A stretch of DNA of 63,619 nt, counting the filler, from Guillardia theta CCMP2712 (Eukaryota; Protista; Cryptophyta): NCBI RefSeq assembly GCF_000315625.1. It is 4 parts of 4 records of this genome, joined end to end, with 100 filler letters (N's around TTAATTAATTAA, not from the genome) between each part and the next. Parts side by side here need not be neighbours in the genome. Positions count along the whole stretch, not along the records: positions 17,721 to 36,185 come from NW_005434569.1; 3 more parts are not named here. One strand, written 5' to 3'. Below the pieces are notes generated by a model that searched no databases, had not been told where the DNA came from, and worked only from the letters and a program-made list of their open reading frames with translations. Below are positions 18,126-29,384 of the stretch, piece by piece (the first letter of the stretch is position 1; the number at the start of each line of letters is the position of its first letter). The position numbers and the translations under genes were made by a program.

Positions 18126-19428
18126 TCATAAGTCTTTCACCAATGGTGCAGCATATGTCGTTCTTTCCCTACTCTCATCTGAAGACTCCATGGAGTCTTG
18201 TGTGTGTTCAGGTCGAGCTGTCGTCCTATCCTTCTCCAAGTGTAACTTGTTGCAAAACGTGACGTAACTCAGCTGTTCATATCTGTGCTTGAGTTCACGC
18301 CTCTGCCATGCCGACTTCCCGTATGCTCTCTCAACCAGCACATGAAAGGCTTTGTCGTAACATTCCTGGATGTTGTCTGCCCGTATCTCGCCTTGTTCAC
18401 CAATCGTTCCGTTCTCCCGGCAAATCTTCTCTATCTCCTTCANNNNNNNNNNNNNNNNNNNNNNNNNNNNNNNNNNNNNNNNNNNNNNNNNNNNNNNNNN
18501 NNNNNNNNNNNNNNNNNNNNNNNNNNNNNNNNNNNNNNNNNNTTTGTAAAAGTTATAAAATGGTCTGATTCTTTGTACCCTTCCATCAATGCTTCTAATC
18601 CGCCCTTGATACCAATACGTCATCATGTTTCTGACTGATACTTTCTGTGGCCATTCGAAATCTGCAGGAACCATGTGGCGCCCCCCCCCCCATTCGAACC
18701 AATCGCCCTCTACTNNNNNNNNNNNNNNNNNNNNNNNNNNNNNNNNNNNNNNNNNNNNNNNNNNNNNNNNNNNNNNNNNNNNNNNNNNNNNNNNNNNNNN
18801 NNNNNNNNNNNNNNNNNNNNNNNNNNNNNNNNNNAGCAATTCATTGTCTTGTGTTCCTTCCCGCCATGCAAACCTGTGTTCCACCGAACTCCCGTCTCGC
18901 ACAGAATTATTTCCATGCAACACTGATGTGATCATTTCGAACATAACTTTCATGTTCTCCTCTATGTTATGCAGCTTCATCCAAACTCTTTCCAAACCTT
19001 GCTGTGTTTGTTTTGAGTTCTCCTTCAGTGTCTTGTTCAGTGCTTTGTTGTGGGCATTCAATTGTTGTGTCACCATGTCTAACGCCTTTAACATCTCTGA
19101 CTCCATTGACTTGGTCGATGCCTCCATTGTCTCTCCAGACTCTGCAGCTTTTCTCATCACGTCAATTGTGAACATGCCTTCAACCTTTGATACTTTCGTC
19201 ACAAGCTCCTTAATCGTATGAATGATATCGGTCTTTGTTGGAATCCCATGTGCGAGCATGCCACACTCTTGGCAACTGTGAACCTTCAAAACTACTTTGT
19301 CACGTAGCTGATTCAATCTACTCATCGTGTCCTGTCCAAACATGCCAAATAGCGGAATTTCCCATATGGAATGCTGTGGATCAGGGAACCATGCTTGCAG
19401 AGTGGGAAGATGATACAAAATACTAGCC
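18126..19428 (-). CDS. 3' half of the Crypton recombinase gene (coiled coil plus GCR1_C-like DNA-binding domain)
   Basis: Begins ...ASILYHLPTL and continues IPFFL from the 5' half. FEWPQKVSVRNMMTYWYQG resembles the start of GCR1_C. Contains two N gaps. Confidence 0.7.
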
Positions 19429-19759
19429 AGAAAGAAAGGGGTATTCGACAGAAACGCGCCCGAAATCTTGGGTGACAGATTAAAATCTTATCTATTTTAA
19501 AGCATATTCTCCTCTGCCTTAACCGGTCCAAACAAGGCAAAGACATCTAGAGGGGGTGGGTACTCTCTGGTACCAATTAATAATTGTTAACAACCTTTTT
19601 AGGATTACGGTACAAAAAGTATTCTTGTATTCGACTACCCCTCCACTTCACTCTCACTACCCCCCATTACCCCCACCTCTCCTCAATCCACCACCCCCCC
19701 ACCCTCCTTTGTCAGAGAACATCGGTTGTCACATGGGTGGTCGTCATACCCCAAACAGA

Positions 19760-20025
19760 CTACAGTACCCCCTCCTGGCAGCCTGACATACTATACGTAG
19801 GAGGGGTACTTCATCACGATTAGGAAAGTCTACAGTACCCCCTTGTGGCAGCCTGACATCCTATACCCAAGAGGGGTACTTCATCACTTTGTTGGAAAGT
19901 CTACAGTACCCCCTTGTGTGTGGCAGCCTGACATCCTATACCCAAGAGGGGTACTTCATCACTTCGTTGCAAAGTCTACAGTACCCCCTTGTGGCAGCCT
20001 GACATACTATACCTAGGAGGGGTGC
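19760..20025 (+). repeat. Four ~70-75-bp tandem subterminal repeats inside the MULE
   Basis: CTACAGTACCCC...GGCAGCCTGACAT.CTATAC...GAGGGGT recurs at 19760, 19830, 19901 and 19976. Confidence 0.85.
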
Positions 20026-20389
20026 TACATCCCCACTCCTCCCTCCTTCACTCGTCCCACATCGTCGCGGAGTATGTCATTCGCACACCAATGCTGCTAA
20101 CACTGTTCAGTGTCGTACATTCTGGGGCACTGCGGCAAGCTCTGCAGTCATCTATATCAGTTCATCAGACCATCTCTTACTTGTCAGGACTACTCCCATT
20201 GACTTCCTCTCTGTTATGCCCATTGCACGTTGTCGGCAGGTTGTTGGTTTGACGATGGTGAACGCTATGATGGCAACTACTATCCTCCTGTCCCCAACAC
20301 TCGTCCACGTGTGTTTATCTTCGAAGTACCTTTATCCTACCTTGCAATGCTAGTCTGGACTCTGCAAACTCCTCGTTTTAAGGCATCCA

Positions 20390-23300
20390 TCACTCCACGT
20401 TTACTTCTTCCCCTGATAAATACACCTTTGTCAACAACCTTTCCATCGCTTGCCGGATCTCGTCTATGTCCCCTTGGCCAAATGTATTCACTGCCATGTT
20501 TCCAGACAGGCAGTCAGCTATTCCGCACAGAAATATGCCACATGACACGGAATCAGTTTGTCTCGGGATCTGTGTCAGGTGATTCAACCTCGGTGAATAA
20601 CATTGGGCATTTGAAAATTCTCTACTGACCTGGTTCGAAGCCATGTATTCCTCCTGCCAAACCTCTCCTGCATCCAATCCCTCTTGCTGCCATTCATGTC
20701 GCAAGAAATCTATTTCACCCATCACGACACAAGGTATGCTTTTGTCAATAGAAGCGCATACCTGCGACTATTCCCATGTACGCCGATGGTGTGTCATGTC
20801 TAGGATCATACATCCTGCCAATCCATCATCATTCCACATCCAATGCATTTCTCAATGTGTCCACACTCACCTTATCACCTTCGTCAGGGGCTCTACAACC
20901 ATCAAAGACCAATGCACGCCTTGAATCCTCCCCGAGCCGTCCTTGTTCAGCTCACCCGTGTTGACAGGGATCAAAATTTGCTTGTAATTGGACCACGTCC
21001 CAGCTGGAAACCATCGTCGTAACGAGTTGTAACCCTCAGTCACCTCGTCGTTCGACTGTCATGTCACATTAGAATGATTGTAATGTAGCAATCACTTGCT
21101 ACCTTGGCAAGTTCGTGATTTAGCCTCAACTTTGTGAAGAAGAACGTTGAAACAATAAAGCTGTTTCCTTGTCCAACCTCTCCCTGCTTTCCTCTCAATC
21201 GACGATTGTCCATTTCGCGTACGATTAGCAACTGTAAGAATGCATTGATGGCCTCGTCTCGTACCCATTCACCTGGTTGCAATACTTTGACATCCTCCTG
21301 TGACAGAGTTGATCGTGAGATCACATACACACGTTTGTGTGTAAGATATTGCATCACAACATTCCTGCTGTACTGCTCTGTGCCGATCCATTTCTTCAGA
21401 TACTCGCACCTTACATCTGTATCAAGTCGACGTGATAACGTTGACGGTCCTTCCTGTCCCAAATCTTCACCTTCCTCGGCTTCTTTCGACATTCCCGATA
21501 CTTCCTGTCCTGTATGTTGTCCATTCCGGAGGTTTAATTCGGTTGGCGGGGCATGGAGTACCTCCTTAGGTGCATTCTCTTCTTGTGCTTCATGTGTAGC
21601 CTTGTCTTTCTTCTTGCAAGTCCGTACATTATGTCCGACCTCCCCACAGTATCCGCATGATCTTTGTCGTTTTGGTGGAAGTTCGCTAACTCCCTCAGTG
21701 TTGGCAATGTCATCATCAGTCATGTTACAGCCAGTCAATGAGCGTTTGTTCGATGAACCATATTGCTTCCTCTCTGACAACCCCTGATTCGGTATTCTGC
21801 CTTTCGGTCGGCCTGTGCGCTTAGGTTTACGCGGGGGAGTATCCAGCTTTGCATCTTCATTGCGAGGAAGCGGTATGTCGTCTTGATGAGGAATAGATTG
21901 TCCAAATTCAAAGTCTTCGTGTTGAAAAGCGGCATGGAGAGTATCCCCCAACCAGACTTTATCGTACAATGATGTGATGAGCTGTTTACCACTTGTCTTC
22001 CCCTTGTGTATCTTGTTGTAAACTGCTATAGCATGCTTACAAGCTCTGCCCGTCTGCTCCCATTGCCAGCAAGGCCTGCATTGTCGTTTGCTCAGACTCA
22101 CGAATGACATAACTTTGTTCGACTGAGCAGTCCGCACTGTGACTGTCGTCATTCCTTCATTGCCAACAGCATCTGGTATCACACATCTGGTGCTTGCCGT
22201 GCATGCCTTGTTGTGTTCCTGCAAGACTTTGTTGCATAGGAACAGACTAGGCTGTTCCCCTGGTGGTGGATTGTAATTATGGTATAATTTCTGAAGTATT
22301 TCCATCCAACGCTCAGCGAGTATCTGGAAAAATCTCAATGGATCAGATGATCTGGACAGATTATGACGGAGTCTTGCATTTTCACTTTCAGTATTGTTGT
22401 TGCATCGTATTCCATAAGTCCTGATGTAAGATCCTCGGTTGCCAGAAGCATCTTTTGGCTCTTTGCATTGCGCATACCTTGCCTGCTCCAAGTCAATGTC
22501 GCACAATCATACAACCTAGTGCTTACCCAACACTTATGGTCTATAGCATTGAGGTAATCATGTGCCACTGGGTTGTGCTCTTTCAGGTTTGCCATAGCAT
22601 CTTCGAATCGGCGCAAAGTCACTGCAGACTAAGACGTGTGAACGACTCGGACAAGTGTTCGGTTTGTCAACTGACCTGTGCTTGCCAGAAGAATGGTTGA
22701 GTGGCAGGACAAGTGCCTTTACCATTGGTGGTGAGGCAAGGAGCACGGTGTTCTGTGAAGATATGTGACCAATATCTATTGGAATCCATCACGATGATGA
22801 TACCTTTGCAATGTTGGTTGATGTTGCAGAGCAAGTGGAAGCAACAGAAGATAACATCGGCTTCAGGCATAGCACGTCGCACTCCCGCCAGGATAGCCTT
22901 CCCCCGGTCGGAGATAATAGTCAAAGGCCCCGAGTCGCGAGACAACCATTCGTTCAATCCCGTGGCCTTCAGCTGGTCCCACATGAACGCAGTATTTTCT
23001 TCTGTCTCGTCACCAACCACGGAGCCTTCTTCTTTCCACGAAGCAAACACACCTGTTAGCTTTGTTGGTGAAGGAAGGCAAGATGGGAAGAAGTATCAGA
23101 AGATACCTACTGCGAGTGGGATGATGGTATTAGTTCCCAACCTTGCTTCAATCACCATGATTTTACCAGAATACCACCTATGTAGAATCATCACACCACA
23201 ACATACACGGGAAACAAGAAGATTGAAGGGGGGAACCTGTGTGTGATGTGACAGAAGTCCTGTCCTAGAAAGCGCAGACCAATAGTCTTCACCAAATGGA

Positions 23301-24486
23301 TCATGGTTCCATTCGCAAGGAATGCTCCACGAAACGAATTGCCCCTGCTGGAAGGCATGGGTGACATGACAACTCCGCGACTTCCCTTGTTCAAGGAGGT
23401 ATATTCCTCCATCCAGTTCTCCAGAAGGAGATAGGATTCTCGATATTCGTCCCAAGATCCACTTTCAACCTGTGATCGAGCTTTGAATATAGTTGCAAGA
23501 CTAGCATCTACACCCAATTCAGACTTGATCGCAACTTGCAACTCCTTAGCGGTCATACGGGTTTGATGCAAACCACCGCCATCTCCAATCGAAGTGGATA
23601 GCAAGGAACGAAAGTATTCGTTGTTCACCAAGAATCGTATAGTACCCGTTCCCACTGAAGTACACATGGGTTTGCAATGTCGAGTAATGCTATTCTCGAC
23701 ATCTATATACCAGTAACTCTTATATCTCTGAGCAAGGCTCACAGATTTTTTGGCTACCAACCGGTACCTGTCCACCCACATTTACAGGAGATACGTGTTC
23801 TCACCGAAAGGTTACCTGCATCCTTCACACGTACACAGGATCAGATATGATTTAAATCCTGAGGGAGCTCGTTGAACACGAACACCCTTGTTCCCATTAA
23901 GAAAGTTGATTTCTTGTACATAAGACGTACACTGTTTACGTTTGAGGAAATGTTTACCTTGAAGCTTGGAAGCATGACATACGGCGGGGACAATGGCGGA
24001 TGGAGTTGCGTCTAGCATTGCGTCGACAGGGGACTCAAGGGGCGGGGCAGGGGCTGGTGATATGGAATGCATCGCAGAAGAACCATACTTGTTCCCGGAC
24101 AGCACAGGACGAAGAGAGCCTTGCTGAAAATCATCGTCTGACATATCCTCTGTATCAAGAGAACTGCCTATGTCATTACAATCAGGTGGGCCAGCCTTAC
24201 TATCAAAAGGCATATGCTGTGATGTATCATCATCACCTACTTGAAGACCTGCCAGTACTGTTGTGTGACTAACATTGACCGTGGCGGGAGAACTAGGCAT
24301 AGATTGGTCTGCCAGTTCATGATAAAGACGACTAGCCGCTTCCACGAGGTTCCCGTCAAGCCTCCATCCCACGAGTTGATGTCCCTTCGAGATAACTTGA
24401 CCTATACGAAGGTTGGAGGAAAGCCCCAGCTGAGAACGTATGGTTTCAACATGATGCATGAACGATGTGGGATGCAGAGCTGCCAT
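20390..24486 (-). CDS. MULE DDE transposase with SWIM and CCHC zinc fingers, fused or linked to a Ulp1/C48 SUMO-protease domain (multi-exon)
   Basis: Transposase motifs GQDFCH, IISDRGKAI...CCFHL and NNNTESEN. SWIM CRPC...ACKH, GRPK and knuckle CGYCGEVGHNVRTC. Ulp1 motifs WVRDEAINAF, STFFFTKL, ILIPVN, VHWSL, YDSL and RQTDSVSCGIF. Confidence 0.88.
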
Positions 24487-24747
24487 GGCGCGGCGTCCGC
24501 GGCGTGCTGGAATGGCCAGATTTGTTGGCGGGAAAGTAGTACCAAGTTGGAAAGTTTGTACGGGGTCGTACTACGGTACCTTAGCAATAATTGTTTGTAA
24601 AGGGCAAATGTAACTTAAATTAGTACCGAGTTTGCTATTTTCATACTGTTTAAAATAATTTAAGAAGCGTTACTATCCAAACAATTTGTACTATTTATCC
24701 AATTGTCCTATATCCATGATTTTGGACGCGTTTCTGTCGAATACCCC

Positions 24748-26610
24748 AGAAAGAAAGGTATACAATTTCTGAACCCCCGCGGCAGTTCATTGAAACTCTT
24801 GATGAATTTGTCCCATCCTATCGCTTGTATCTCTTGCATCCCTTCAGGCGAAAAATGTGGTGGTAGCACAGCAAATTCAGCCGTGCTAGGATCGTTCCCT
24901 GCTAAAAGTCTGCCACACATCTGATCGCCTCCTGCTCCTCCCACGATGTACCGGTCCTCTGTGTCTCCTGTCAACCGCATGACTCAGCATAGTGCCGTGG
25001 AGAACATCACACTCATGAATGACCTATCCTCCAGTTGGCTCGAATATAAACAGTTGGTACTCCTGCATTGCACCATTCAGTAAACCTTCATGCAACGGTT
25101 GGCCCTTACCTGGTCCTTCCAGAAAAGCAAGGAGATGAGATATTCCTCCCTTGCGCAGCGAATGACTCCCTGCTTCTTCCAAGTTGCCATGATACTGGTC
25201 TGCAGCTTGTCGAATCCCTCTTTGCAATAACGTGCAAAACCTTTGCTTTTGGTCTGATCCTGGGAATAACTTCGTTCCAGAGAATGAGACTTGCCCATGT
25301 CGCGTGGCAAATATATACAACCCAAGAATGAGAATAGGACACATTTCTGGTGTGTAGGGCGATGCAAACACATGTTTTATCCTCGTGCTTCGCATGTCAG
25401 TACCAATGCCACACTGATCTTTTTTTGTCTTGAGTAAGACCACCTTCATGCAATCATTTTCCCAGTCAAAGTGCTCAAGATGCAAAATGTCTAGACTCTC
25501 ACTTCTGCATACCAGGTTCCACATGACAGAACAGCATGCCCAAGAGAAAATCCATGAACTGCCGGACTCTGAACTTCCTCTGCGAGGTCTCAGCTCCTTC
25601 AAGATGTTGTTCAGTGCTTTATACTCTGGCATGGATAGAGTTGTCTTGCCCTCGTGGGCCTGCATCACACCGTCGCCCTTCTTCCGGGTAACTTCTTTGG
25701 TATAGGAATTGATATAACCATCCAGTATGTCATCCAATGATCTTCCGCCAGTTTTCAACCCAATTGCCGTAAACATAACATTCCTGCGTCTGTACAGATA
25801 TTTCAACGCACTTTTGTAACCCTGCACGGTGGACACAGCTACGGTTGCTTTGTCTCTGCTTGATACTTGCAAAATGTTGGCTACCTCTGCCTGACGCTCG
25901 TGACCTGCCACGTCTGGGGTATCTGCATTTTCTTCTTCTTCTTCGCCGTCCGCACTTACTGCCGATGCTGCCTTCCTCTTGGACCCTGCTGTCCTCATTC
26001 CGTCGTGCTCACACAGCCAACCAAAGAAAGCCTGGAGCAAGTCCAATGGCAATGGGAGCTTCAGGTTCGTGCGACCTGGGTTGAGTGCTGCGTGATATCT
26101 TGGATCCTTCTGGAAGAACTCGATCATACCCATAATTCGATAAGCATACGTCTCTTGAGTGCTTCGGCTCACCGTGTTGAATTCCAGATCAAGAAATGCT
26201 TGGATGTTGGGGTCATCTGAAGCCGAAATGCTACAAGCCTCAGGGTCGTCAAATATTCTCAGAAGCGCATTCTTGTCTTTCACCCTCTTTCTGCGTGAAC
26301 GAGGTGCATGCTTTCCACATTCATCATTGCGATCCGAGCCAGCTAACTCCCATGCACAGACAAGGTGAAAGCACAACCTGCATATTTTGCATACCTTCAG
26401 AACAGCGTTTGCCTCCTTTTGCATCAAGCAAACAGCACCGAAGACACACGTGTTGGGCTGTGCCACAGCCGGGGGGTTCGTAGAACTGGATGGAGAGAGC
26501 TGATCAACTTCCTGGTCATGACTATCGCCTGCATGACTCGCGCAGGCTTGGTTGCCATCCTGGTGGAGACCAGCCTCCAGCGGTTGGCTTTGTCCGCCAT
26601 TGTCCGCCAT
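24748..26610 (-). CDS. Crypton tyrosine recombinase, 5' half (two short introns near 25060-25107 and 24967-25023)
   Basis: Catalytic-type motifs LVCRSE (R), KTKKDQ (K), SHSLRKG (HxxR), spliced IRANW (W) and EDRY (Y), then GDQMCGRLLAG...LPPHF, typical of Crypton/Ndc10-like YR. Confidence 0.88.
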
Positions 26611-26860
26611 TGCTCAGGGTGCGGGACACGACGGGGTGCTGCCTTCCCCATCGTGAGGAGGGTCCGTCCTTCTTAAGGCTAGGAAGGACCCAGTTCTTGG
26701 AAGGGGTTCGGGGGGGTGAGGAGGGACCCCACCCCTCCTTCCCATGTAACGTACACTACCCCCCACCCACCCACCCCCCACCCCCCTCTGCATCGTTTTG
26801 CTTGGCAATTTTTCAGTACTGATCTTTGTACCACACGTCCCGATTTTAAAACCCGAGTTT

Positions 26861-28213
26861 CCCCGGCCAATCTCCGGACACTTAGCCTCCTGGCGGGCCT
26901 CCAGGGGGTCTGAGGCGGGGCTGAAGGCTGCAGTCGGTCTACTGACGGGCCCGGCCGGCAGGATCCGTCGAGAAACAGGGGGGTCAAGGGAGGTTTTCTT
27001 CCCCCTGGGAGAAATGTCCTATGGGTTTTTGGATCTGCGATATAAAAAAGTCTTGTCTCGGTCACGTGATGTGTCACGTGACCGGTCAGGTGAGCCTGTC
27101 AGCCGGGTCACGGCCCCTGTCAGCCGGCTGACATGTCACGGGCCTGCTGACACGGTCCGCTGACCGGTCACGGCCGCCCGGAGAGATCAGGCCCCCGGCC
27201 AATCTCCGGACACTTAGCCTCCTGGCGGGCCTCCAGGGGGTCTGAGGCGGGGCTGAAGGCTGCAGTCGGTCTACTGACGGGCCCGGCCGGCAGGATCCGT
27301 CGAGAAACAGGGGGGTCAAGGGAGGTTTTCTTCCCCCTGGGAGAAATGTCCTATGGGTTTTTGGATCTGCGATATAAAAAAGTCTTGTCTCGGTCACGTG
27401 ATGTGTCACGTGACCGGTCAGGTGAGCCTGTCAGCCGGGTCACGGCCCCTGTCAGCCGGCTGACATGTCACGGGCCTGCTGACACGGTCCGCTGACCGGT
27501 CACGGCCGCCCGGAGAGATCAGGCCCCCGGCCAATCTCCGGACACTTAGCCTCCTGGCGGGCCTCCAGGGGGTCTGAGGCGGGGCTGAAGGCTGCAGTCG
27601 GTCTACTGACGGGCCCGGCCGGCAGGATCCGTCGAGAAACAGGGGGGTCAAGGGAGGTTTTCTTCCCCCTGGGAGAAATGTCCTATGGGTTTTTGGATCT
27701 GCGATATAAAAAAGTCTTGTCTCGGTCACGTGATGTGTCACGTGACCGGTCAGGTGAGCCTGTCAGCCGGGTCACGGCCCCTGTCAGCCGGCTGACATGT
27801 CACGGGCCTGCTGACACGGTCCGCTGACCGGTCACGGCCGCCCGGAGAGATCAGGCCCCCGGCCAATCTCCGGACACTTAGCCTCCTGGCGGGCCTCCAG
27901 GGGGTCTGAGGCGGGGCTGAAGGCTGCAGTCGTCAGGCTACTGACGGGCCCGGCCGGCAGGATCCGTCGAGAAACAGGGGGGTCAAGGGAGGTTTTCTTC
28001 CCCCTGGGAGAAATGTCCTATGGGTTTTTGGATCTGCGATATAAAAAAGTCTTGTCTCGGTCACGTGATGTGTCACGTGACCGGTCAGGTGAGCCTGTCA
28101 GCCGGGTCACGGCCCCTGTCAGCCGGCTGACATGTCACGGGCCTGCTGACACGGTCCGCTGACCGGGCACTGCCGCCCGGAGAGATCAGGTCCTCCGGCC
28201 AATCTCCGGACAC
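26861..28213. repeat. 332-bp tandem array, segment 1 (4 units plus ~20 bp)
   Basis: Near-identical units with 332-bp periodicity, also visible as repeated 107-aa ORFs. Confidence 0.97.
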
Positions 28214-29384
28214 CATATTGGGATTCAGGGGGCTGCACTGGTATATGAAATTCCAGGATTACTGATTAGCGCTTTTAATGACCGGTACTTTTGACTGCCC
28301 ATATACGGGTACTTGCCCTCGCACAGAAGCACCCTTTTACCCCCATTATCATCTAGTAATAGGGGGTGGGGTATTTGAATTGTCATGGGCGGTAACCTTC
28401 AAGACCACCCCACTCCCCTCGAAACNNNNNNNNNNNNNNNNNNNNNNNNNNNNNNNNNNNNNNNNNNNNNNNNNNNNNNNNNNNNNNNNNNNNNNNNNNN
28501 NNNNNNNNNNNNNNNNNNNNNNNNNNNNNNNNNNNNNNNNNNNNNNNNNNNNNNNNNNNNNNNNNNNNNNNNNNNNNNNNNNNNNNNNNNNNNNNNNNNN
28601 NNNNNNNNNNNNNNNNNNNNNNNNNNNNNNNNNNNNNNNNNNNNNNNNNNNNNNNNNNNNNNNNNNNNNNNNNNNNNNNNNNNNNNNNNNNNNNNNNNNN
28701 NNNNNNNNNNNNNNNNNNNNNNNNNNNNNNNNNNNNNNNNNNNNNNNNNNNNNNNNNNNNNNNNNNNNNNNNNNNNNNNNNNNNNNNNNNNNNNNNNNNN
28801 NNNNNNNNNNNNNNNNNNNNNNNNNNNNNNNNNNNNNNNNNNNNNNNNNNNNNNNNNNNNNNNNNNNNNNNNNNNNNNNNNNNNNNNNNNNNNNNNNNNN
28901 NNNNNNNNNNNNNNNNNNNNNNNNNNNNNNNNNNNNNNNNNNNNNNNNNNNNNNNNNNNNNNNNNNNNNNNNNNNNNNNNNNNNNNNNNNNNCCGACGCA
29001 GAGGGTTTGACGAAGAGAGATGTTGATGAGAGTCACCTGCTGCGAGTCCTGGCACTGCAACTTGGGCTAACATGCTTGCACAAAACTCAAACACTGAAGA
29101 CAAGGATCCGCAGAGAAGAGCTTCGCGATATGAGGGAAGAATGGCGAGGGAAGACGCACTGGGGTAGTGAGTGAAGGCGTGTAGAATTAAAACATTTTAG
29201 AAGGTACCAGGAAACGATAAGCTAAACATCCAAAATTACTTTTAATCACAGTTTTGAACATGGTTTGAATTTCAACAGTACAGAATTTCAACCTGCGCGA
29301 ATCACACGCCGTGTACCCCCATTTTCCCATGCACCACCCCCTTGAGAATATGGGACGAGAACCAACGCGGTTTGACCCCAGAAT

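Larger units (their letters stand above)
19438..24747 (-). mobile_element. Complete Mutator-like element (MULE), 5,310 bp, with TIRs and a 9-bp TSD
   Basis: TIR GGGGTATTCGACAGAAACGCG is perfect for 21 bp and imperfect to ~35 bp at both ends. TSD AGAAAGAAA at 19429-19437 and 24748-24756. Confidence 0.95.
17721..26860 (-). mobile_element. Crypton-type tyrosine-recombinase transposon (boundaries approximate), interrupted by a MULE
   Basis: YR gene at 24748-26610 plus its continuation at 18126-19428, in frame once the nested element is removed. Intron-containing YR followed by a GCR1_C-like domain is the CryptonF architecture. Confidence 0.8.

Noticed and set aside
28278-29174. ORFs spanning N-runs
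   Set aside because: Artefacts of gap translation.
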